From Candidatus Zambryskiibacteriota bacterium (GTDB lineage Bacteria > Patescibacteriota > Minisyncoccia > Phycocordibacterales > DATDWN01), in assembly GCA_026394775.1 (NCBI GenBank), contig JAPLZY010000008.1:1-51366 (forward strand): a stretch of DNA of 51,366 nucleotides, given 5' to 3'. The position numbers and the translations under genes were made by a program. Numbering within the stretch: the first letter of the stretch is position 1; every line of letters begins with the position of its first letter. Positions 1-9,423 of this stretch are shown here, piece after piece. The notes below the pieces were generated by a model. The model worked only from the letters and a program-made list of their open reading frames with translations, had not been told where the DNA came from and made no database searches.

Positions 1-75
1 GGTAACTGGTCTATCGTAGAGAGATACGTCAAGAACCAAGGGAAACACAATGAAAAGACGCTTACATTGTGGTAA
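1..75 (+). mobile_element. tnpA: 3' end of an IS200/IS605-family (Y1 HUH) transposase, truncated by the window edge
   Basis: Frame 1 reads GNWSIVERYVKNQGKHNEKTLTLW*. YxxxQ (YVKNQ) is the catalytic-Tyr helix typical of TnpA C-termini. Confidence 0.6.
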
Positions 76-389
76 CATTGAAATACAAGTGGCATGAGGC
101 ATGCAATACCCTGCGGTCTCTGCCGCAGGGTTGTTTATTAAGTAGGTCAGTGCTCGATGAGGACATGATGTATGACGATAAGGGCTTTGTCTTAATACGC
201 TTGTATGGCTGGTCCCTTCCACTGATTGAAGAACTTCGCAATACCGTTGACCGTCGTGCGTTCGCCAATGTTCGGGCACTTGCTTTACGATGGAATAAGA
301 TCTATCTGATGGAACAATCAAGGCTTTCCCAGTTAGATGCGTCGGAGGCGAAGGCACACGCTTTACCTAAGCGCGGATCTTATAACTAG
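69..389 (+). CDS. hypothetical protein (start uncertain)
   Basis: 106-aa ORF between the transposase end and the methyltransferase; no recognisable motif. Confidence 0.35.
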   Translation: MVTLKYKWHEACNTLRSLPQGCLLSRSVLDEDMMYDDKGFVLIRLYGWSLPLIEELRNTVDRRAFANVRALALRWNKIYLMEQSRLSQLDASEAKAHALPKRGSYN

Positions 390-399
390 ATTGCATGTT

Positions 400-1125
400 A
401 TGATTAATCGAAGCGGTATGATTCAGAAAACTATTGTCGAGTATAATAATGAACTATCGAGGATTTACGATGAGGTAACAAGTCCAGATGGTTCGTGGAC
501 TGCACCAAGTGAGTGTTTTCGTCTAATACGCCCTCATCTTAATGGCGACATGACAGTGCTTGATCTTGGTATAGGAACGGGTCTTGTTTCAACTAAGATT
601 GCGGAATACGGGTGCAAACTTATTGGGATCGACGCCGCGCCTGAAATGTTGAGTCAAGCAAGGCGGAAACTACCTTCCGCTCTTTTGCTCTGTGCCAACA
701 TTGAGGAACCGTGGCCACTGTCGAAACACACTCACATTGATATGATTGTCGCTGTTGGAGTTCTGGAGTTTGTTCCAAGTCTGGCCAAGGTTTTTATAAC
801 TTCAGGCAAGCATCTTAAGTTAGGTGGGTTGATCTGCTTTACCTACGAAGAACTGCTTCCAAATAGTCCGTTGCAACGACTTCGCCGGTCCCCACGAGGA
901 GCGTTGCTGTATAAGAAAGTGCCTCGACGCTTATCCTTTCCGGTCTTTAGACAGACTTTTGTGGAGGTGAAGCAGGAATTAGAGTTGGCCCACTTTACAA
1001 TTCTTCATCATCATAAGTTTGTCGCATACCACCTAAGAAGAAGTTCGGACAATTGTGTTTTTGATGTAACATATAGAATCGTGCTTGCACAGAGAGTTGG
1101 CCCATCGAACGACAGGGAAGTTTGA
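400..1125 (+). CDS. class I SAM-dependent methyltransferase
   Basis: Motif I VLDLGIGTG, GIDAAPEML, and later GGLICFT. Start at ATG 400 or 418 is more likely than 337. Confidence 0.85.
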   Translation: MINRSGMIQKTIVEYNNELSRIYDEVTSPDGSWTAPSECFRLIRPHLNGDMTVLDLGIGTGLVSTKIAEYGCKLIGIDAAPEMLSQARRKLPSALLLCANIEEPWPLSKHTHIDMIVAVGVLEFVPSLAKVFITSGKHLKLGGLICFTYEELLPNSPLQRLRRSPRGALLYKKVPRRLSFPVFRQTFVEVKQELELAHFTILHHHKFVAYHLRRSSDNCVFDVTYRIVLAQRVGPSNDREV

Positions 1126-1312
1126 TTAGAGAGTATCGCTGAATTTTTATCGATTGTGTTTTGACGGTTCCAACTCCGCTCCTACCGTCTCCCATTATTT
1201 TTTTCTTGGAACAATCCTAAAACTTCATCAGAAAGCTCCTCGCGACCACTCTCGATCTCAGAAAACCCTTGTAGTTCCAACAAAAGTTGGTTCCAAGAAG
1301 AGGGGTGAAGGG

Positions 1313-1498
1313 GCACAAGAAATCGCCGGAAGGCGATTTTTGTGTCCAGGAAGAAAATCTCTGTTAGAGATTTTCGTGAGGATTTGAAAAGCTGAGCGGG
1401 CACCCAGTCAGCAGACTGGGTCGCGAGCTGCGGACACGACTAAAATTTTCGACGGAAAATTTTAAGTTGCGGACTAGTCCTCTCCCGTGCACAAGAAA
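1313..1498. repeat. structured insertion flanked by GCACAAGAAA direct repeats and ending in a tRNA-like 3' end
   Basis: GCACAAGAAA at 1313-1322 and 1489-1498. Hairpins ACCCAGTC/GACTGGGT (1402-1421) and AAAATTTTC/GAAAATTTT (1442-1463). AGTCCTCTCCCGTGCAC (1476-1492) resembles a tRNA T-arm/acceptor 3' strand. Confidence 0.6.
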
Positions 1499-1522
1499 AA
1501 CCCCTTAAAGCGGTTTTTTCTT
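1495..1522. terminator. probable bidirectional intrinsic terminator
   Basis: GAAAAACC...GGTTTTTTC hairpin just beyond the stop of the minus-strand peptidase. Confidence 0.55.
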
Positions 1523-1524
1523 CC

Positions 1525-2805
1525 CTAATCCTTCCTCGAAGGCAATACCACCTCAGTCACTATATATTTTTTATCAAATAAATAGACCCCTGCATTTTGC
1601 ATCTCTTCAAATGTCATCGTTTCTCGGTTTGAAAGCGCTTCACTTAAGGTCTTGATTTTCTGTATCCGTACAAGTTCACTTGTGGCAGTTTGAGCAATAT
1701 CATCTGAATCATGTTCTTGTGCTCGCAGTTGTTCCAGGTTTGTTTTCTTCACCTGCTCAAATCGATTTTTATAGTTTTCTGTGTGGAGAATTGTATGTAT
1801 TTCCGCATCAATAGTTTCCTTCACTACATTGAGATGTTCTTCGGAAGTTTTAATATCAATACCAAAGTTTATATAATCAGAGCTTCTTCGAGTTGAAACG
1901 TGCACACCGTAACACAAGGCTTTCTCGTCACGGAGTCTTTCGTGCAGAATGTCTTGGAGTAATGCCCCAAATGCTTTTTCGTGTTCTCGTTTAAATAACG
2001 GCAAGTCTTTGAGTGCAGAAATACTAATTTCGACTTGTTCTTTAATAAGTCCGATTTCGTCAGCAATTTTTGTGATTTCAGTCAAAAGGGGAGTAGGTAT
2101 ATTTTCTAGTAAAGGAGGTTTTTGTGCTGCAACAGGTGTATCGCTGAATATCTTTTTAAAGAGTTGAATTGAGGTATCGTCAATGTTTCCTGTGATAACA
2201 ATATTCATGTTGTCTGTATGATAGTTGTCTTTGTGCCATGTACGTATATCTTGAGCGCTAATTAAAGCTACAGTTTCAGGCCACCCAAGTGCACTTGAGA
2301 CACGGGAAAGTGAATGACCAGGAAATACTTTGCCCGTAAATTCTCGAATATACGCAAGGAGTTTTTCATTTTGAAAATATCCCCACGCTTCTTGAGTGAT
2401 TACTTTTCTTTCATGTTCCACGTCTTCATCTCGAAGAAGAGGAAAGAAAACCTGCTCTTTCATGAGAGTGAGTACTCTCTTAAGTTTTTCAGGAAGGCAC
2501 TTGAGGTGGTATGCGGTGTTGTAATGACTTGTGTATGCATTCCAGCTTCCTAAGGTTTCGGTCTTTCTCCACTCATGAGTTGCTTTACGGTCAGGAAGTG
2601 ATGGTGAACCGTCAAAAATCATGTGTTCAAGAAAGTGAGAAAGACCTTCTTTTCCGACAGGGTCATGGAAAGCTCCTGTGTTAAATGAAATGTATATATG
2701 AATACAGGGTGCCCACGGTAGGTTTTTGTAGTAAATAGGAACTGAGCCCACTTCAGTTTTTGAAAAGTTGTATGGATCAAATGCAAGTTGGGCTGAAGTA
2801 TTCAT
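1525..2805 (-). CDS. M16 family (insulinase/pitrilysin-like) zinc peptidase
   Basis: HFLEH inverted zincin motif, NAYTS, LRDEKALCYGV. Likely start MNTSAQ at 2805. Confidence 0.9.
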   Translation of the reverse strand: MNTSAQLAFDPYNFSKTEVGSVPIYYKNLPWAPCIHIYISFNTGAFHDPVGKEGLSHFLEHMIFDGSPSLPDRKATHEWRKTETLGSWNAYTSHYNTAYHLKCLPEKLKRVLTLMKEQVFFPLLRDEDVEHERKVITQEAWGYFQNEKLLAYIREFTGKVFPGHSLSRVSSALGWPETVALISAQDIRTWHKDNYHTDNMNIVITGNIDDTSIQLFKKIFSDTPVAAQKPPLLENIPTPLLTEITKIADEIGLIKEQVEISISALKDLPLFKREHEKAFGALLQDILHERLRDEKALCYGVHVSTRRSSDYINFGIDIKTSEEHLNVVKETIDAEIHTILHTENYKNRFEQVKKTNLEQLRAQEHDSDDIAQTATSELVRIQKIKTLSEALSNRETMTFEEMQNAGVYLFDKKYIVTEVVLPSRKD

Positions 2806-2857
2806 GAGTTGAGTATATGCCGAAAGCGTGAGGTCGAGCAAGAGGGTGAGTAAAATA

Positions 2858-2866
2858 TTATCCACA
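2858..2866 (+). promoter_or_regulatory. perfect DnaA-box consensus in a divergent promoter region
   Basis: TTATCCACA; a single copy, function unproven. Confidence 0.35.
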
Positions 2867-2911
2867 AACTTAATTATTTATGTCACATAAAAGAAGTGAT
2901 AAAATTAATTA

Positions 2912-3421
2912 ATGGCAATGGTAACTTGTGAATTTTGTAATAAAGAGTTTAAAAAGAAAGATTCTCAAATAAATTTGAGTTCGAGAAATTTTTGTTCAAA
3001 ATCTTGTTGTCAGCAGGGTAATAAAAAAGGAAAGATTGTTGAGTGCTTTACTTGTAAGACTAACATCTATAAGTCTTTAAAAGATATAAATAGCTCAAAG
3101 AGTAAAAACTATTTTTGTAGCCGGATTTGTTCAAGTGTTTGGATTGGAAAAGAACATCGAGGATCAAATCATCCAAACTGGACTACAGGGTAAAGCTCTT
3201 ACAAAACTTCCATGAAGAGAGAGGGTTTATTGCAGAAATGTTTTTTATGCGAAGAGAAGGATGAGAGAGTGCTTGCTGTTCACCATATTGATGAAAATAG
3301 AAAAAATAATAATATAAAGAACTTAATTGGCCTTTGTCATAATTGTCATTTTCTTATTCATCATCATAAAGATGAAATAAATAAGTTTAGTTTCAAACTT
3401 AAAAAATATGCCATCAGTTAA
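2912..3421 (+). pseudogene. Zn-finger HNH endonuclease interrupted by an in-frame TAA at 3191-3193
   Basis: ORFs 2912-3193 and 3212-3421 are in the same frame (WTTG*SSYKTSMKR). The joined product has CxxC/FCSxxC repeats plus VHHIDENRKNN...LCHNCH and matches the neighbouring paralog in length. Confidence 0.8.
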
Positions 3422-3911
3422 ATGCAAAATTTGTAATTCTGATTTTTACCCACGACCTTCCAATGTAAGGAATGGGTGGGGTATATACTGCTCCTTGGAT
3501 TGTAAATATATTGGTGCACAGGTCAAAACACAACTAAATTGCTCAGTGTGTGGAATAGTGGTTTTTAAAACGCAGACTCAGGTGAAGAGGTCAAAAAGTG
3601 GGGAGTATTTTTGTGGTAAGTTCTGTCAAACTAAATGGAGAAATGTAGAATTTAGTGGAGAAAAGCATGCAGGTTGGAAAGGTGGTGTTTCAACATATCG
3701 AGATATTTTGCTAGAAAACAAAAAAATACCCGAATGTGGTATCTGTAAAAGAAAAGACTTTAGAATTCTTGCTGTGCATCATGTCGATGAAAATCACGCA
3801 AATAATAATATAGAGAATTTGGTATGGCTTTGCCACAATTGCCATTACCTGGTACATCATGATAATGTAGAAAAGCAGAAGTTTTTAAGGTGGCGACCGA
3901 AGACTTCTTAG
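3408..3911 (+). CDS. Zn-finger HNH endonuclease
   Basis: CxxC/YCSxxC repeats and VHHVDENHANNNIENLVWLCHNCH HNH motif. Confidence 0.85.
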   Translation: MPSVKCKICNSDFYPRPSNVRNGWGIYCSLDCKYIGAQVKTQLNCSVCGIVVFKTQTQVKRSKSGEYFCGKFCQTKWRNVEFSGEKHAGWKGGVSTYRDILLENKKIPECGICKRKDFRILAVHHVDENHANNNIENLVWLCHNCHYLVHHDNVEKQKFLRWRPKTS

Positions 3912-3914
3912 TAT

Positions 3915-3990
3915 GGTGGCCATCGTTCAACGGCCAGGACTTTGCTTTGTGGAAGCAAAAATGAGGGTTCGATTCCCTCTGGTCACCCCA
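3915..3990 (+). tRNA. tRNA-His(GUG)
   Basis: G-1 at 3915, acceptor GTGGCCA/TGGTCAC, C73, encoded CCA, anticodon loop TTGTGGA (GTG 3949-3951), T-loop GGTTCGATTCC. Confidence 0.97.
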
Positions 3991-4019
3991 CACAACATAA
4001 AATAAGTTATGTCAAATAC

Positions 4020-4050
4020 TAAAAAATCCCTACTACATAGGGATTTTTTA
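4020..4050. terminator. intrinsic terminator after tRNA-His
   Basis: TAAAAAATCCC-loop-GGGATTTTTTA. Confidence 0.75.
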
Positions 4051-4075
4051 GTTCTATCTTGATATACTTTTAGTT

Positions 4076-5026
4076 ATGGAGGAAAATATCAAAAAATACT
4101 TTAATAAACAGGGGTTGGGAGGAGTGTTGAAAATAGAAGAATTAGCGGATGGAAGTAGCAACAATCATTTAAACTATAAAATCAAGACTGCTCAAGGTGT
4201 GTTTGTTGCTCGAATAAAAAAATCGGGTGATTTATTAAGTTACTCAAATTTGGCAGACGAATACACAATACTTAAATTGATAGAGAAATATAACATTGGA
4301 CCAAAAGTTTTTCGTGTAGATTTGGAGAATTTTAATACACCTATTTTGATTGAGGAATTTATTGAGGGTAAAATGTTTACTGATGTTCAGGATGCTTCTG
4401 AAGAAATGTTTGAAAAGAGTCTCAATGTGCTGGTAGAAACGAGTAAAATAAATATTGGTTTCGACGAATTTCCTTTTAAGTCTACTTATCAGACATATCA
4501 AGTGCACTCTAAAGTGTGGGCAATGTGTTTAGATGACATTGAAAAATCCTTGGGCTCTGATTATTTTATTATTAATAAATTTAAAGCCGTAATTAAATCA
4601 GCTCAAGATATTCTGGAGAAGAAAGAGGGTTTGCTTGAGGCTGTCCCTAAAGAGTTTATTTATAATGATATTCATCCTGGAAATATTTTCTGGGTGCCTG
4701 CAGAAAATAGAATAAAATTTATTGATTGGCAGAAGGTAAGTTTGGGTGATCCTGTGTTTATGGTTGCTCTATTTGCAAGACGTTTCGGTCATTTGTGGAA
4801 AATGGAAAGCAAAGAATTTGCTGCTAAAGTACTTAATTTCTATAAAAGTAAAAAAGAGATTGAAAATATTGAAGAGTTATTTTTTGCCCGCATATTGGAA
4901 CGAGCAGTATCCGATATGATATGGAGTGTTTGGGCAGATATAAAGAGAGGGGTTCCAATAAAAATTACTAATATTGATGAAAATAAATATTTTAGTGAAG
5001 TAAAAGAGTTGATCTTGGAAATGTAA
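4076..5026 (+). CDS. aminoglycoside phosphotransferase / choline kinase family protein
   Basis: YNDIHPGNI (Brenner-like motif) and FIDWQ...GDP. Confidence 0.85.
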   Translation: MEENIKKYFNKQGLGGVLKIEELADGSSNNHLNYKIKTAQGVFVARIKKSGDLLSYSNLADEYTILKLIEKYNIGPKVFRVDLENFNTPILIEEFIEGKMFTDVQDASEEMFEKSLNVLVETSKINIGFDEFPFKSTYQTYQVHSKVWAMCLDDIEKSLGSDYFIINKFKAVIKSAQDILEKKEGLLEAVPKEFIYNDIHPGNIFWVPAENRIKFIDWQKVSLGDPVFMVALFARRFGHLWKMESKEFAAKVLNFYKSKKEIENIEELFFARILERAVSDMIWSVWADIKRGVPIKITNIDENKYFSEVKELILEM

Positions 5027-5027
5027 T

Positions 5028-5360
5028 TTATTTCCCCAACTCCTTCCCATACCGCTCCATCTCCTTTACTAGGGTTTTTAGGCCGCTTCCTTTTTTGGTG
5101 AGCGAATACTCCACTCGGGGAGGGCGTTCGTTGAACTCAGTGCGAACAATAATTTCCTGTTCCTCAAGATATTTGAGTTTTTTTGTGATAGTGCGCGAGC
5201 TGATACCGCTTAAAGATTCCGTTAGTTCACCAAATCGACGAGGTTTTTTGAGGAGGTCTCGGATAATAAGTAGTGTGCACGAGTCACCGACAAGGTCGGC
5301 CACTTTGGCGATAGGGCAGGTGGTGCAGAGATGTGTGCGCTGGGATTCTGTTTTTAACAT
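5028..5360 (-). CDS. HxlR-family winged-helix transcriptional regulator
   Basis: CPI...LVGD, RRFGEL, PPRVEYSLT; divergent from the FMN reductase. Confidence 0.9.
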   Translation of the reverse strand: MLKTESQRTHLCTTCPIAKVADLVGDSCTLLIIRDLLKKPRRFGELTESLSGISSRTITKKLKYLEEQEIIVRTEFNERPPRVEYSLTKKGSGLKTLVKEMERYGKELGK

Positions 5361-5435
5361 ATACACAGTATATAACACTTTACTTTGTAAAGTAAAAGAC
5401 TTACAATAATAATATTAATCATAAAAAATAAAACT

Positions 5436-5969
5436 ATGAAAAAAATTCTTGCCATTTCAGGAAGTCTTCGAGAAAAGTCTTTCAATACAGGACTCACTAA
5501 AGCGTTACATGCACTTGTGTCAGAAGGGGTGACAGTAGAGCATGCGGTAATATCATCTTTGCCATTTTTTAATCAAGATATCGAGTCTGCGTTTCCAGAG
5601 GAAGCAACTGTTCTTAAGAATCAAATAGAAGCAGCAGATGCAATTGTATTTGCAACTCCTGAGTACAACCGTTCGATTCCTGGGGTACTTAAAAATGCCA
5701 TTGACTGGGCTTCACGACCGTGGGGCAAAAATTCATTTGCAAAGAAACCAGTTCTTATCATGGGTGCATCTGTTGGACCGATCGCTACAGCGGTGGCACA
5801 GCAAGAGCTCAAGAAAATTATGCTCTATCTCGATGCAAAAGTGGTTGGTCAGCCGGAGCTCTATATCGGTACTGCAGGAGATAAATTTAACGAAGCGGGA
5901 GAGCTTACAGACGAAAATACAAAAGAGCATATTAAAAAAGGTCTTGAGGTGCTTGTGTCGTTGGTATAA
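5436..5969 (+). CDS. NADPH-dependent FMN reductase (ChrR/SsuE-like)
   Basis: GSLREKSFN and TPEYNRSIPGVLKNAIDW. Confidence 0.93.
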   Translation: MKKILAISGSLREKSFNTGLTKALHALVSEGVTVEHAVISSLPFFNQDIESAFPEEATVLKNQIEAADAIVFATPEYNRSIPGVLKNAIDWASRPWGKNSFAKKPVLIMGASVGPIATAVAQQELKKIMLYLDAKVVGQPELYIGTAGDKFNEAGELTDENTKEHIKKGLEVLVSLV

Positions 5970-6015
5970 GGTGGAAGGTGTATACTAACGAGAGTTACAT
6001 ATAATCTTTACATCT

Positions 6016-6528
6016 ATGAACATTCATCCATTTTTTGTCCATTTTCCAATCGCTCTACTTACACTCTATGGGGTCATGGAGATTGTATGGTCAAAGGTAT
6101 TAAAACGTGAGTTGTGGTGGCTAAATTCAAAGGCTTTACTGCTTACATGCGGAGTACTTGGCGGTTTTGCTGCGCTGCAAACAGGTGAAATAGCAGAGGG
6201 TTTACGTGAAAGAGGGAGTCAGTTGATTGAAACTCATTCTTTTTATGCCACAGTGAGTGTGTGGATATTTGTTGCGTTGTTGGTAGGTTATATTGTGTTC
6301 TATGTAGAAAAATATACAGCAAGTTCAGAAGAACAGAGTTTTATTAAAAAAATCACTACGGTTTTAAAACCTATAGGTAGGTTGATCATGTGGGGAGCCC
6401 CGGTACTTGCCTGTGTGGGTATTATCACACTTATAATTACGGGTGCGCTCGGTGGAGCTATTGTATATGGGCCAGACACAGATCCTATTGTGCACTTTGT
6501 GTACAATGCGTTTGTTGGTTTGCAGTAA
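6016..6528 (+). CDS. DUF2231-like membrane protein
   Basis: HPFFVHFPIALL start, four hydrophobic segments, TGALGGAIVY. Confidence 0.75.
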   Translation: MNIHPFFVHFPIALLTLYGVMEIVWSKVLKRELWWLNSKALLLTCGVLGGFAALQTGEIAEGLRERGSQLIETHSFYATVSVWIFVALLVGYIVFYVEKYTASSEEQSFIKKITTVLKPIGRLIMWGAPVLACVGIITLIITGALGGAIVYGPDTDPIVHFVYNAFVGLQ

Positions 6529-6568
6529 ATTATGTAAAGTAAACTATTAATTTAATTATAATAAAAAC

Positions 6569-7057
6569 ATGTATACACGAGAACAATTTTGGAAATCAGT
6601 TTCAAACGAAGTGCGAATTATCAAACACCTTGCTACTAAGATCCCAGAAGGGCAAGAGAGCTATAAACCTTCAGAGTCTCAGCGAAGCACTCTTGAGTTG
6701 TTGCAATACCTCAGTGCAACAGGAGCATCAACTTTCAAAGTGATGGTAACCGAAGATGCAAAATCTTCCGCGGAGTACATGGCTCTAAGAGAGTCAGTGA
6801 CAATTTCTAATTTCGCAGAAAGAATGGACCTTCAAGAAAAAGATATGAAAGAAATGTTTGAGAAAATGACTGATGAAGATTTTACAAAAGAATTTGATTA
6901 TTATGGAATGCGCACAAAAGCAGAGCATTTGGTAGAAGGTGTACTTAAAACTTTTGCAGCATATCGAATGCAACTTTTCTTGTACGTAAAAGCATGTGGC
7001 GCATATGTGTCGACTATGGATGTGTGGGTTGGTGTAGATACACCGCCGAAGCAGTAA
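6569..7057 (+). CDS. DinB/DUF664-like helical protein
   Basis: YKPSESQRSTLELLQYL and AYRMQLFLYVKACG resemble DinB-fold proteins. Confidence 0.6.
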   Translation: MYTREQFWKSVSNEVRIIKHLATKIPEGQESYKPSESQRSTLELLQYLSATGASTFKVMVTEDAKSSAEYMALRESVTISNFAERMDLQEKDMKEMFEKMTDEDFTKEFDYYGMRTKAEHLVEGVLKTFAAYRMQLFLYVKACGAYVSTMDVWVGVDTPPKQ

Positions 7058-7073
7058 AATCACTCTATTAAAT

Positions 7074-8816
7074 ATGAACTTATTGAGAGACTATCTAAAA
7101 AAATATTGGAAACTATGCGTCGGAGTGTTAGTACTTGCTGCTATCAATCAGATTTTTACTCTGATTGATCCGTTGATTTTTCGACATATCATAGACGATT
7201 ACGCTACCAATTACAGTGCTTATACAGTCAATGAATTTTTTCTTGGAGTTTCAAAGCTACTTCTTTTGGGTGTAGGAGCTGCTTTTGTTTCGCGAGTTGC
7301 CAAAAATTTCCAGGATTATTTTCTCAACGAAGTGACTCAAAAAATAGGTGCAGAGCTTTACAGTAGTGGAGTAAAACACTCACTTGCATTACCTTTTGTC
7401 GTATTTGAAGATCAGAGAAGTGGAGAAACTCTTGGAATCTTGCAAAAAGTTCGCAGTGATGTAGAAAAGTTTATTGCATCATCGATCAACATCACCTTTG
7501 TCTCACTCATCGGTTTTATATTTGTCACAGTTTATGCAATAACAATTTATTGGGGTATTGCAGTTGTCTACGCGGCTACCGTTCCTGTTATTGGGGGACT
7601 CAGTTATTTCCTCACTAAAAAAGTAAAAGTGATTCAGCAAGAAATTGTCCGCGAGACAACTGCGCTTGCAGGATCAACTACGGAGTCGCTTCGCAATATT
7701 GAACTTGTAAAAAGCCTTGGACTAGTCGATCAGGAAATCGGGAGATTAAACACTACTACCGAAAAGATTCTTGCTTTGGAGCTCAAAAAGCTCCGTTACC
7801 TTCGCAGTGTAAGTTTTATTCAAGGTACCTGTATTAATTTTCTCCGAACGGCAATACTGTTCTTCATGCTGTATTTGATTTTTATCGGAACGATTACATT
7901 CGGTCAGTTTTTCTCCCTCTTTATCTATTCATTCTTTGTATTTGGCCCACTTCAAGAACTTGGAAATGTACTCAATACATACCGAGAGGTAGAGGTGTCG
8001 CTAAAAAAGTATACTGATATTTTAGATATTCCAGTAGAAGTAGTGCCGGAAAATCCGCATCAGATCAAGTTGCTTGAAAAAATTGCATTTCAAAATGTTA
8101 CCTTTATCTATCCAACGGGGACAGAGCCTGCAGTTTCTGATATATCATTTGAAGCAAAAATAGGTGAGACTATTGCATTTGTTGGTCCATCCGGCTCAGG
8201 TAAAACCAGTCTCGTAAAACTTTTAGCAGGATTGTATCTGCCGAAAGAAGGACAAGTTTTTTATAATGCCATAGGAAACACCAAGGTAGATATGCAAAGC
8301 ATTCGCGAGCAGATCGGCTTTGTCACGCAGGACACTCAATTGTTTGCGGGGACGATTCGTGAAAACTTATTATTTGTAAGTCCTGGAGCATCAGATGAAG
8401 AGTGTCTGGATGCTTTGAGAAAAAGTGCCTGCGATGACTTGCTCCTTCGCGGTGGAAAAGGACTCGATACCCCTATTGGTGAAGGTGGAGTAAAAGTGTC
8501 TGGTGGAGAAAAACAGAGACTTTCAATAGCTCGAGCGCTCCTTCGTAAACCCAAGCTTCTTATTTTTGATGAAGCAACATCTGCACTCGACTCGATTACT
8601 GAAGAAGAGATTACATCTACCATCCGTGATGTGACGGAAAACAGCTCGCACATCACAGTACTGATCGCTCATCGACTTTCTACTGTCATGCATGCCGATC
8701 GGATTTATGTACTAGAAAAGGGAAAAATTATCGAGACAGGTTCACACGATGAGCTCTTACACGAAAAAGGGCTGTATAGTGCAATGTGGAGAGAGCAGAT
8801 AGGGGAAAGACAGTAA
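7074..8816 (+). CDS. ABC exporter, fused permease/ATP-binding protein
   Basis: N-terminal TM helices, GPSGSGKT, VSGGEKQR, FDEATSALD, IAHRLST. Confidence 0.95.
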   Translation: MNLLRDYLKKYWKLCVGVLVLAAINQIFTLIDPLIFRHIIDDYATNYSAYTVNEFFLGVSKLLLLGVGAAFVSRVAKNFQDYFLNEVTQKIGAELYSSGVKHSLALPFVVFEDQRSGETLGILQKVRSDVEKFIASSINITFVSLIGFIFVTVYAITIYWGIAVVYAATVPVIGGLSYFLTKKVKVIQQEIVRETTALAGSTTESLRNIELVKSLGLVDQEIGRLNTTTEKILALELKKLRYLRSVSFIQGTCINFLRTAILFFMLYLIFIGTITFGQFFSLFIYSFFVFGPLQELGNVLNTYREVEVSLKKYTDILDIPVEVVPENPHQIKLLEKIAFQNVTFIYPTGTEPAVSDISFEAKIGETIAFVGPSGSGKTSLVKLLAGLYLPKEGQVFYNAIGNTKVDMQSIREQIGFVTQDTQLFAGTIRENLLFVSPGASDEECLDALRKSACDDLLLRGGKGLDTPIGEGGVKVSGGEKQRLSIARALLRKPKLLIFDEATSALDSITEEEITSTIRDVTENSSHITVLIAHRLSTVMHADRIYVLEKGKIIETGSHDELLHEKGLYSAMWREQIGERQ

Positions 8817-8842
8817 ACAATATGATATGATTTGAGTATCAT

Positions 8843-9409
8843 ATGAAAGAGGTCATTAAAAACCCATACACAAATCTTGAGCGCGACCTGCTCTTTATTT
8901 GTATCTCAGTATTTTTTGCTATTGGCATTGTGCGTTTTGGTGTAGTGAATGATTTGGTTTCAAGAATAGATGAATTAAAAATTGTCGGCAGTTTTATTGC
9001 AGGTTTTTTCTTTACTTCTGCATTTACTATTGCTCCCGCAGCTATCGCTCTAGCTGAAATTTCCCAAAGCACATCTCCTTTTCTAGTAGCATTTTGGGGA
9101 GCGTGCGGTTCTCTTGTGGGGGATTTGGTGATTTTTCTCTTTATTCGTGACAGATTTGCAGATGATGTGATGGAGGTTCTTCATACATTTAAAAATGAAA
9201 AGAAAATTAGTAATTTTTTCAAAAAAGGTTTTTTCAGGTGGCTTTCTCCTGTTCTTGCTGCCATCATCATAGCCTCACCTTTTCCTGATGAATTTGCTAT
9301 TGCACTTATGGGTATTTCAAAAGTACGAATGTCCTTGTTTATCCCTATTTGTTTTGTAATGAGTTTTTTTGGTATTTTAATAGTTGCGCTAATTTCAGGC
9401 GCTCTGTAA
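8843..9409 (+). CDS. membrane protein (VTT/DedA-like)
   Basis: Multiple TM segments with the SPFPDE motif. Confidence 0.6.
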   Translation: MKEVIKNPYTNLERDLLFICISVFFAIGIVRFGVVNDLVSRIDELKIVGSFIAGFFFTSAFTIAPAAIALAEISQSTSPFLVAFWGACGSLVGDLVIFLFIRDRFADDVMEVLHTFKNEKKISNFFKKGFFRWLSPVLAAIIIASPFPDEFAIALMGISKVRMSLFIPICFVMSFFGILIVALISGAL

Positions 9410-9423
9410 TATTTTGATATACT

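Noticed and set aside
1470..1495. Complete tRNA gene
   Set aside because: Only a 3' T-arm/acceptor-like fragment; no D arm or anticodon arm.
3191..3193. Stop-codon reassignment (genetic code 25)
   Set aside because: The interrupting codon is TAA, TGA is used as a stop elsewhere (ATGA overlaps at 20761 and 33089), and all core genes are intact in code 11.
2870..3915. HNH genes as cargo of a tRNA intron
   Set aside because: tRNA-His is contiguous and no 5' tRNA half is visible upstream of 2912.
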